From Chloroflexota bacterium (GTDB lineage: Bacteria; Chloroflexota; Limnocylindria; Limnocylindrales; CSP1-4), in the NCBI GenBank assembly GCA_013698095.1, contig JACCVQ010000133.1:2596-66595 (forward strand): a stretch of 64,000 nt of DNA. The letters are read 5' to 3'. The translations under genes and the position numbers were made by a program. The notes below the pieces were generated by a model. It did no database searches. It was not told the origin of the DNA and worked only from the letters and a program-made list of their open reading frames with translations. Below are positions 8,410-16,171 of this stretch, in pieces (the stretch's first letter is position 1; every line of letters starts with the position of its first letter).

Positions 8410-10250
8410 CCGGGGTCGAGGTGCGGGCCGGGCCCCATGTTGCCCGGGTCCACCAGCGAGGCGCCGGAGCCGAACCCTGTACTCCGTGCCGACGTGTCGG
8501 GGCCGACGGGGTGGGCCTGAGGCGGAGCGCCCTCGAGGGCGGCCTGCGGCGGCGCCGGGCAACCAGGGCCGGTAGCGCCGTACAGGTACAGCGGCTCGCC
8601 CGCCCCGAAGAACAGGTAGTTGCGATAAGCCGCTTCGTCCTCGCGGATCAACTGGAACCCAGGGATGTCCAGTGGGCTGTTGGAAAGGACTGCGCAGGGA
8701 CGGAACGACGGCCACCGGTCGTCGTAGTCCGTCAGGCCGTAGTCGTGGATCCCCGCCGACTGCTGTCCGCTCGCGTGGAACTCGACCCACTCGGGGCCAA
8801 CGTCGATCGTCTGGGCGGCATAGCCGAGGGTGACCGCAGCCTCGCCCGCCCGGTAGCGCGTCGCGTCGTACGCGAAGGAGTTGGCTGCGATGAGGATCGC
8901 GGACAGCGCGAGCCAGGCGAGAGCGGCATGGGAGAACGCTTCGCTCCGGACCTGCCGGGCCTGCGTCCCGAACGGATGGAGGAGGAGAACGGCCGCGGGC
9001 GGGATCAACGGGTAGAGATAGCGGTCGTAGAGGGGGAAGAACGAGCCGAAGACCGCCAGCCCGGCGGCATACGCGAGCAGGAACAGGACGAGCGGCCCCT
9101 CGCGACTGCGCGCGACCTCCATCGCAGCGCCAGCGGCCTTCGGCAGCGTGGCGACACGGGCGAGGCGGCGGCCGCCCCAGCGCAGGATCAGCGCGGCGAA
9201 GAGGACGGATGCGACCAGCGCGAGCTGCTCGGACATCACCCACATGCGGGGCGGGATGACCTGATCGCGGAAGCCGCTCAGCAGCGCGTCGCTCACGGCG
9301 CCGGTGGGAGCCCAGATGTAGCCGATGAAGGGCCCGTCCGGCACCACCACCATCCCGGTGGCGACGAGGCCGGCGCCCGCTACGACGTGCGACGCCTGGA
9401 GGTCCTTGATCCGCCGGCCGACGGCCAGCGCGATGGACGGCAGCAGGGCGGCGGCGAGCGTCATGAACGCCGGCACGCTGTACGCAGACAAGGACAGGCC
9501 GAACGTCGATGGCGCGCCCCGGGCCGGCAGCGAGCTCGCAATCAGGGCAATCGCCACGATCCCGAGGGCGAAGGTGGCAGACACAGCCGCGAGCAGTCGC
9601 CGCTCATCGGCGCGGTTTCGCGCCCACGCGGCGACGAGAATGGCCACGGGGGCCGCGATCGCGAACTCCCGGATGCTCACTGCCAGGAGCCCGACCCCGA
9701 CGGACGCGATCAAGGTGAGGCGTCCGCCAGCTCCCTGGAGCCACCTGACCCCGAGCAGCAGGCATAGCGTGCTGAGCGCGCAGGCGGGCAGATCGGTCAT
9801 GAAGGTGGCCATCTGTCGAGCGAGCCCGGGATAGGCGAGCAGCACCGCCACCGCGAAGACGGCCGAGCCCGCGCCGACGAACCGGCGCGCCAATAAGTAC
9901 GTCGAGACCACGGCGATCAGCCCCATGGCCAGCCCGTACGCCGTGAAGACCCACATGGCGCCACCGGTCAGCCACAGCAGTGGCTGCACCAGCGCAAGCT
10001 GCCCGATGGTCGCGGCCGTGTGCCCTGGCGAGTCGATGGCGCCCGTTCGGAACAGGCTCAGGGCGCCGCGCATGTAGACCCAGTCGTCATTGCTGGGAAA
10101 CCCGATCCCGCCAGCCGCGGCCGACATCCAGAGCGGGATGCCGACGGCGACCAGCCCGAGCCCGGCGAGGGCAACGGCGTCCCGTCGGCCGAGGGGCTCA
10201 GGCACGGAGGCGGTGGTCGTGGGGTCCTCGGACCTGAGCATCTGGAGCAT
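8406..10250 (-). CDS. GT-C fold membrane glycosyltransferase, ArnT/PMT-like (paralogue B of a tandem pair)
   Basis: Full ORF. Colinear with 6736..8409 and shares long identical blocks: PSNDDWVYMRGALSLFRTG, LVQPLLWL, VSIREFAIAAPVA, ANSFAYDA, RPCAVLSNSPLD and EPLYLYGA. Confidence 0.75.
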   Translation of the reverse strand: MLQMLRSEDPTTTASVPEPLGRRDAVALAGLGLVAVGIPLWMSAAAGGIGFPSNDDWVYMRGALSLFRTGAIDSPGHTAATIGQLALVQPLLWLTGGAMWVFTAYGLAMGLIAVVSTYLLARRFVGAGSAVFAVAVLLAYPGLARQMATFMTDLPACALSTLCLLLGVRWLQGAGGRLTLIASVGVGLLAVSIREFAIAAPVAILVAAWARNRADERRLLAAVSATFALGIVAIALIASSLPARGAPSTFGLSLSAYSVPAFMTLAAALLPSIALAVGRRIKDLQASHVVAGAGLVATGMVVVPDGPFIGYIWAPTGAVSDALLSGFRDQVIPPRMWVMSEQLALVASVLFAALILRWGGRRLARVATLPKAAGAAMEVARSREGPLVLFLLAYAAGLAVFGSFFPLYDRYLYPLIPPAAVLLLHPFGTQARQVRSEAFSHAALAWLALSAILIAANSFAYDATRYRAGEAAVTLGYAAQTIDVGPEWVEFHASGQQSAGIHDYGLTDYDDRWPSFRPCAVLSNSPLDIPGFQLIREDEAAYRNYLFFGAGEPLYLYGATGPGCPAPPQAALEGAPPQAHPVGPDTSARSTGFGSGASLVDPGNMGPGPHLDPG

Positions 10251-10469
10251 TATGGACGGGGCAGTGCAGCCACGGTGTCTCCAGGAGCGGCGCCACCCGA
10301 GCTAGAGTGGCGGCGGGAGCCCGAGGGCCACGTCAGCGAGCACGGCAACGCCGACGACCCAGCTCCGATTTGAGCCCGCCAGAGGCGCACGCGTGCGAAA
10401 CGGAGCCATCGTCAGGGTGATGCGATCCAGGGTGGAATCGGCCCAACCGTCGCCCGTAGACTTGCGCGG

Positions 10470-11306
10470 ATGACCCCGACGCTGACCCTGGTCCTGCCGG
10501 CGTTCAACGAGGCCGATCGAATTGGCCCCGCCCTCGATGAGCTGTTCGGGTACCTGCATCGGCGCGGCTCGGAGGCACGGGACGGTGCCCCGGGCTCAGC
10601 GGATCTCCCCGAGCGGATCGAGGTTCTCGTGGTTGACGATGGAAGCGACGACGGCACAGCCGACCTCGTGCGCGCCCGGCCGGAGGCGAAGCCGCCAGCG
10701 GATGGATCGGCGCCCGAGCTCACCGTGATGACCGTCGGCCATGCCGGCAAGGGAGCCGCGGTACGGGCGGGGATGCTGGCTACGACGACGGACCTGATCG
10801 TGTTCGCGGACGCCGACATGGCCACGCCACCGGACATGCTGCCGCTCGTTGTCGGCGCACTCGATGTCCATGACATCGCCCTCGGCAGTCGCATCCAGCC
10901 TGACGGCTCCGACATGCGGAAGAGCCAGCCTGTCTATCGCCGCTGGCTTGGCAAGGTATTCCATCTCCTGGCGTCTGCCTGGGTTGTCGGACCGGTTCAG
11001 GACACCCAGTGCGGTTTCAAGGGCTTCACCCGGAGCGCGGCGCACGACCTGTTTGGCCGTCAGCGAATCACCAGCATCGTGTTCGACGTGGAGCTGATTT
11101 TTCTCGCTCGGCGACGTGGGTACCGGATGAAGGTCGTCCCGATCAGGTGGGCCGACCGGCGCGGCTCGAGAATGCGCGCCCGGCCGAGGCTGGCACTCCG
11201 CGTCGCATGGGACCTCCTCCGAATCCCCCTGATCCATCGGCGCCTTGGAGCGCCGGTCCGGCCGGTCGATACGGCCGACCACACCCATGGCTCTCGCGAC
11301 GCCTGA
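10470..11306 (+). CDS. GT2 polyprenyl-phosphate glycosyltransferase (dolichyl-/decaprenyl-phosphate beta-glycosyltransferase-like, Ppm1/DPM1/ALG5 type)
   Basis: LTLVLPAFNEADRIGPALDEL, VVDDGSDDGT, FADADMATPP, VQDTQCGFKGF and VFDVELIFLARRRGY are the classic GT2 polyprenol-P-sugar synthase motifs. Confidence 0.85.
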   Translation: MTPTLTLVLPAFNEADRIGPALDELFGYLHRRGSEARDGAPGSADLPERIEVLVVDDGSDDGTADLVRARPEAKPPADGSAPELTVMTVGHAGKGAAVRAGMLATTTDLIVFADADMATPPDMLPLVVGALDVHDIALGSRIQPDGSDMRKSQPVYRRWLGKVFHLLASAWVVGPVQDTQCGFKGFTRSAAHDLFGRQRITSIVFDVELIFLARRRGYRMKVVPIRWADRRGSRMRARPRLALRVAWDLLRIPLIHRRLGAPVRPVDTADHTHGSRDA

Positions 11307-12456
11307 GAACGCTGGCCCGGCTGGGCCGGGCGCAACGACGGCGGCAGCGGCTCTCCGCGTGGCGGCCATCCTGTCCATCGTCGTCGTGCCCGGGGTGGTC
11401 ATCCTGTCCGCCGTCGGGGCCGGGACCTTCGGGTACGACTTCCTCGCCTATCACCAGGCCGTCGAACGGGTCGTCGCCGGGGATCGCCTGTACGATCCGT
11501 CGGTCCAGATCACGGGCGGGTTCGGGCTGTTCTACTACCCGCCGCCCTTCGTCCTGCTCCTGCTGCCGCTCGGGCTGCTGCCTTCCGCCATCGCCTCGAA
11601 CCTGTGGCTCGGGACTTCGGCCGTCATGCTCCTCGCTGGGATCGCGATCCTGCCCGTTCGACCGACCGTGCGCTGGGCAATCCTCCTCCTCGCCGGCCTG
11701 TCGTGGCCGGTCGCGTACGCCCTGAAGCTCGGCCAGGTCGGACCACTGCTCCTCCTCCTCTTTGCCGTCGGTTGGCGCTGGCGGGATCGGCCCATCGTGT
11801 TCGGCCTGGCCGGCGCGATCGGCACGATCGTCAAGATCCAGCCGGGGATCGTGCTGGCTTGGGCGGTCCTGACCCGGCGCTGGACGGCGGTCGTCGTGGC
11901 GGCGGCCCTGCTTGTCCTCGCGTCCGTCATCGCGACTGTTGTGGCCGGTGGCCCGTCGATCTGGGCTGACTACCTGACTCTCCTTCGAATTGTCAGCGAT
12001 CCGATCACGACGCCGCACAACTTCACGCCCGGCGCCGTCGCCTACCAGATGGGCGCCCCGGTGGGGATCGCAGCGGGCATCCAGGTGGTCAGCTCGGTCG
12101 CCGCAGTCGCCGCGGTCGTGGTCGCGGCGCTGCGCATGCCCGCGGACGTGTCCCTCCTCGTCGCGATCGTCGCAAGTCAGCTCCTGTCGCCGGTCCTGTG
12201 GGATCACTACGCCTTGCTTCTGCTCCTCCCGGTCGCCTGGCTGCTCGAGCGCGGGCACTGGTGGGCGATCGCAATCCCCCTGTCGACATCTGTGCTGATG
12301 CTTCCGGTGGGACTGCCCGCAATCGTGTTCCCGATCGCCTTCTGGGTGACGATGGCGGCGTTGCTCGCTGTCGGGTCGAACGAGGCGGCCCGAGCCAGGG
12401 TGACGGCGGACGCTTCAGCGCCCGAGGTCCGGCCGCTGTCACAGAGCCTCCAATGA
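11287..12456 (+). CDS. DUF2029 / GT87-like membrane glycosyltransferase
   Basis: ORF 11245..12456, with ATG 11287 preferred. Contains GYDFLAYHQAVERVVAGDRLYDP...FYYPPPFVLLL, LKLGQVGPLLLLLFA and GTIVKIQPGIVLAW. Confidence 0.75.
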   Translation: MALATPENAGPAGPGATTAAAALRVAAILSIVVVPGVVILSAVGAGTFGYDFLAYHQAVERVVAGDRLYDPSVQITGGFGLFYYPPPFVLLLLPLGLLPSAIASNLWLGTSAVMLLAGIAILPVRPTVRWAILLLAGLSWPVAYALKLGQVGPLLLLLFAVGWRWRDRPIVFGLAGAIGTIVKIQPGIVLAWAVLTRRWTAVVVAAALLVLASVIATVVAGGPSIWADYLTLLRIVSDPITTPHNFTPGAVAYQMGAPVGIAAGIQVVSSVAAVAAVVVAALRMPADVSLLVAIVASQLLSPVLWDHYALLLLLPVAWLLERGHWWAIAIPLSTSVLMLPVGLPAIVFPIAFWVTMAALLAVGSNEAARARVTADASAPEVRPLSQSLQ

Positions 12457-13724
12457 GCTCGACGCCCGGGACGCTTGCGCCCGTGACCGCCCGCGCCACG
12501 TTTGCCGAGCGCTTCGACCGCGCGGCCCAGGTCGGCGTCGCCGTCACGATCCTCGCGGCGCTCGTGTACTGGCTGTCGAACCGGATGTTCGACGCGACCC
12601 GGGGCGACTTCTTCTACCTCGCCGACGCGTTCCTCCATGGTCGGGTGTGGCTCGACGTCCGGCTCGGCTACCAGGACGTGATCCTGCAGGACGGCCACCC
12701 CTACGTTCCGTTCGCGCCATTCCCGGCTGTCGCCCTGATGCCGATCGTCGCCCTCGTCGGGCCGGCCGTCGCGGACCAGTGGGAGACCGGGATCAATGCC
12801 GCCCTCGCCGCCGCGTCGGTCGGCCTGGCGTGGTGGTTCACCGGGCGAGCGGGCGTCCGATCGCTGATCGACCGGTTCTGGTTGGTGCTCCTGCTCGGTT
12901 TCTCGACCCAGATCTGGTGGGTCACGACCCGGGGCGGGGTCTGGCACACGGGGCACCTCGTCGCGACGATCCTGACGATGGCCTGCCTCGTCGAGCTGTG
13001 GGGCTCGCGCCGGGCCTGGCTCATCGGCCTGCTGGCGGGGGCAGCGTTCATGACCCGGGCGCCGCTGGCCTTCGCGATCCCGTTCTACGCCCTGCTCCTC
13101 GGCGGCGATCGGATCTGGGAGCCGCGCCGCTGGCCGTGGCGGGCGTGGGTCGAGCTCGCGGCCGGCGTGCTGCCGTCACTCGTATTCTTCTTCTGGTACA
13201 ACGCCGCGCGGTTCGGATCGCCGCTCGAATCGGGCTACGCCCTGGCGCTGCTTCCGGAGTGGCTCGAAAACCAGCGCAAGCTGGGCCTCTTCTCGACCGC
13301 CCACATCGGGATGAATCTCGAGTACCTGTTCGTGAAGATGCCGCGCCAGATCGCGGAATTCCCGTTCTTCCGTCCGGACGGACTCGGCATGTCGATCTTC
13401 ATCACCTCGCCCGGCCTGCTCTACGCGAGCCGCGCACCGTGGCGATCGTCACGGACGTGGTGGCTGGCCGGGGCGGCCCTGCTCGTCCTGATTCCGACGT
13501 TGCTCTACTACGGCGGCGGCTGGCTCCAATACGGCTACCGCTACGCCCTCGACTCGATTCCGTTTGTGTGGGCGCTGTGCGTGCTCGCGGCGGCCGGCGC
13601 GGCCGAGCGACTGGCGAAGCTGGGGGTCGAGCGTCCGGTGATCGGTCTCGGCTGGCGGCTGTTGATCGCCCTCGGCGTCCTCGTCGGCCTGGGCAGCGTC
13701 TACTGGGCCTATAACCTCAAGTGA
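12453..13724 (+). CDS. GT-C fold membrane glycosyltransferase (ArnT/PMT-like, 423 aa)
   Basis: ORF 12198..13724 was trimmed to ATG 12453 (ATGA overlap with the upstream stop). Contains GDFFYLADAFLHGRVWLD...DGHPYVPFAPFPAVALMP followed by about 10 TM helices. Confidence 0.62.
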   Translation: MSSTPGTLAPVTARATFAERFDRAAQVGVAVTILAALVYWLSNRMFDATRGDFFYLADAFLHGRVWLDVRLGYQDVILQDGHPYVPFAPFPAVALMPIVALVGPAVADQWETGINAALAAASVGLAWWFTGRAGVRSLIDRFWLVLLLGFSTQIWWVTTRGGVWHTGHLVATILTMACLVELWGSRRAWLIGLLAGAAFMTRAPLAFAIPFYALLLGGDRIWEPRRWPWRAWVELAAGVLPSLVFFFWYNAARFGSPLESGYALALLPEWLENQRKLGLFSTAHIGMNLEYLFVKMPRQIAEFPFFRPDGLGMSIFITSPGLLYASRAPWRSSRTWWLAGAALLVLIPTLLYYGGGWLQYGYRYALDSIPFVWALCVLAAAGAAERLAKLGVERPVIGLGWRLLIALGVLVGLGSVYWAYNLK

Positions 13725-13791
13725 TGCTCGCGGGGCGGGTTCCCCCCTAGCGTGCAACACTCCCCGGCGAACCCGGCCCAATGGAGGAACC

Positions 13792-16104
13792 GTGCGCCAT
13801 CCCCGCCTCGTCCTTGCGATCTTCATCCTGTCCGGCGCCGCCGGGCTGATGTACGAGGTGGTCTGGTCACGCCAGCTCGTGCTCGTCTTCGGCAACACGA
13901 CCCAGGCCGTCTCGACGATCCTGACGGGGTTCTTCGGCGGCATGGCGGTGGGCTCGTTCCTTGGCGGGCGGCTGGCCGACCGGGTGCGGTCGCCGCTCCG
14001 GCTGTACGGGATCATCGAAGTCGTGCTCGTCGTCGTCGTCCTCCTGACGCCGGTCACGTTCCGCCTCCTCCATGAGCTGTACCGCGGGATCTACCCCGCG
14101 ATCGAGGGCCAGCCGATCGTCCTCGCCCTGCTCCGCTTCGCACTCGCGATCCTGGCGCTCGCCCCGGCGACGGTCCTGATGGGGGCAACGCTGCCCGCGC
14201 TGACCCGCCAGCTCAGCCGAGACAAGCACTTGTCCGCCGCCTTCGGACGGCTGTACGCGGCCAATACATTGGGCGCGATCTTCGGGACGCTCGCGGCCGG
14301 TCTGGTCCTGATCGAACTGGCCGGATTGACGGGCACACTCGTCATCGCCGCCGCCTGCTCCGCGGTCGCCGGGGCGGTCGCTCTTGTCCTCAGCAGGGGT
14401 CCGGGCGCGGTCGATCCGCTACCGACAGTCGCTCGGGCCCAGGAGGCGTTGGCAACAGCGGTCGCTTCCAGCCGACGCCCCACTCTCGCCCTGGTCCTTG
14501 CCTTCGTCTCGGGACTGACATCCCTTGGCTATCAGGTCCTCTGGACGAGGTTGCTGTCGTCGGGCACGGGGAATTCGACGTATGTCTTCACGCTGATCCT
14601 CGCGATGTTCCTGATCGGGATCACGATCGGCGCATTGATCTTCAACGCGAATCGCCGACGAATTCGCCAGCCGGTCGCCCTGATCGCGATGGCTCAGGCG
14701 CTGGTGGCCGCGATCGCCTTCGTGGGCCTCGTGCTCGTGATCGGCAAGCCCGGTCCAATTGACCCGGGCAATGCGTTCGAGTCCGCCCAGGCGATTCTCG
14801 GGCCGATCATTCTCGTCGTCCTGCCCGCAACGATCGTGATGGGCTTCACGTTTCCGGCCGCGTCCACGCTCCTCGGCGACGATCCGGACCGGATCGCCGC
14901 CAATGCCGGTCGCCTGCTGGCCGCCAACACGGCGGGCTCGATCACCGCCACCTTCGCGATCCCGTTCTTCGTGATTCCGGCGGTCGGCTCACCGAACGCC
15001 GTCGCCCTCCTCGCCCTCGTCAACGTTGCGACCGCGATCGCCCTTGTCGCCAGCCGTGCCGGAGCGCGGTCCGTCTCGCCCAATCGTCGCCTCGCGACGG
15101 GGCTCGCCGCCGCCGTCGTCGCTGTCGCGATCGTGGCCGGGCTCGCGAGGCCGGGCACGATCGTCGACCCGAGCGTGGCCCGGATCCACGAACGGAAGGC
15201 GCAGCTGTTCGAGAGCCAGGAGGACGAGATCGCGTCGGTCCAGGCCGGCGCAACGGCGACGCAGCAGCTCTGGGTCACCGGCACCGCGATGACGCTCCTG
15301 ACGGTCGACGCCAAGCTCATGCCGATCCTGCCGCTCGTCCTCCGGCCAGAGTCGCAGAGCGCCGCGACCGTCGCCTTCGGGATGGGCTCGGCGTTCCGGG
15401 GCGCCCTGATCGCCGGCATGAAGACCGAGGGGATCGAGCTCGTCCCGACCGTGCCGAAAATGTTCCACTGGTTCTACCCGGATGCCGGCAAGTTCCTCGC
15501 CGACCCGAATGGCGAGATCATCGTCACCGACGGCCGGAACCACATCGAGCTCACCACCGAGACCTACGACATCATCGTCACCGACCCGCCGCCGCCGATC
15601 TTCAGCTCGGGTGCCTCGGTCATCTCATCGCTCGAGTACTACCAGGCCGGCCACGCCCGCCTCAATCCGGCCGGGATCATGATGCAGTGGGTCCCATACG
15701 GCGCCACGATCGACGAGTTCAAAGCGCACGTCCGGACGTTCAAGAGCGTGTTCCCGCACGTCACGATGCTGTTCGGGCCGGGCGGCTACGGGCTGTACAT
15801 GATGGGCAGCGACCAGCCGATGGCGTTCGACGAGGCGACGACACGCGAAGTCCTGGGCCGGCCCGGCATCCTCGAGGACATCTCGTCGGCGTACGACTCA
15901 CGAGCAACGACGATTGACCAGTGGGTCACCAAGATCGACCAGCTCCGCTGGATCGACGATGCCGCGGTCGATCGGTTCACCGGGTCCGGACCGCTGATCA
16001 CCGACGATCGCCCGTTGCCCGAATACTTCCTCCTGCGCCGGGTGCTCAACCGGGATGTCCCGCTCGCGCACCCGGGCCTGCTGCTCTCCCTGACCCGCGG
16101 CTGA
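13792..16104 (+). CDS. fused polytopic membrane domain / spermidine-synthase-like (class I SAM-fold) protein
   Basis: The N-terminus FILSGAAGLMYEVVWSRQLVLVFGNTTQAVSTILTGFFGGMAVGS and the following TM helices match the fused MFS/spermidine synthase family. The C-terminal part reads VAFGMGSAFRGAL...IIVTDGRNHIE...YDIIVTDPPPP...EYYQAGHARLNPAGIMMQW, an aminopropyltransferase-like fold. Confidence 0.75.
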   Translation: MRHPRLVLAIFILSGAAGLMYEVVWSRQLVLVFGNTTQAVSTILTGFFGGMAVGSFLGGRLADRVRSPLRLYGIIEVVLVVVVLLTPVTFRLLHELYRGIYPAIEGQPIVLALLRFALAILALAPATVLMGATLPALTRQLSRDKHLSAAFGRLYAANTLGAIFGTLAAGLVLIELAGLTGTLVIAAACSAVAGAVALVLSRGPGAVDPLPTVARAQEALATAVASSRRPTLALVLAFVSGLTSLGYQVLWTRLLSSGTGNSTYVFTLILAMFLIGITIGALIFNANRRRIRQPVALIAMAQALVAAIAFVGLVLVIGKPGPIDPGNAFESAQAILGPIILVVLPATIVMGFTFPAASTLLGDDPDRIAANAGRLLAANTAGSITATFAIPFFVIPAVGSPNAVALLALVNVATAIALVASRAGARSVSPNRRLATGLAAAVVAVAIVAGLARPGTIVDPSVARIHERKAQLFESQEDEIASVQAGATATQQLWVTGTAMTLLTVDAKLMPILPLVLRPESQSAATVAFGMGSAFRGALIAGMKTEGIELVPTVPKMFHWFYPDAGKFLADPNGEIIVTDGRNHIELTTETYDIIVTDPPPPIFSSGASVISSLEYYQAGHARLNPAGIMMQWVPYGATIDEFKAHVRTFKSVFPHVTMLFGPGGYGLYMMGSDQPMAFDEATTREVLGRPGILEDISSAYDSRATTIDQWVTKIDQLRWIDDAAVDRFTGSGPLITDDRPLPEYFLLRRVLNRDVPLAHPGLLLSLTRG

Positions 16105-16171
16105 CCGGGCCCGTACTCGGCGCACCGACATTCCTACTTGACCGGGTGCTGCGCGTCGCCACGATGAGGAC

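Noticed and set aside
10251-10469. 219-bp divergent intergenic region between the GT-C pair and the Ppm1-like GT2 (possible small gene, sRNA or riboswitch)
   Set aside because: The only ORF there (10302..10559, minus strand) overlaps the GT2 start and has no coding signature. No conserved RNA motif or clear palindromic operator was recognised by eye.
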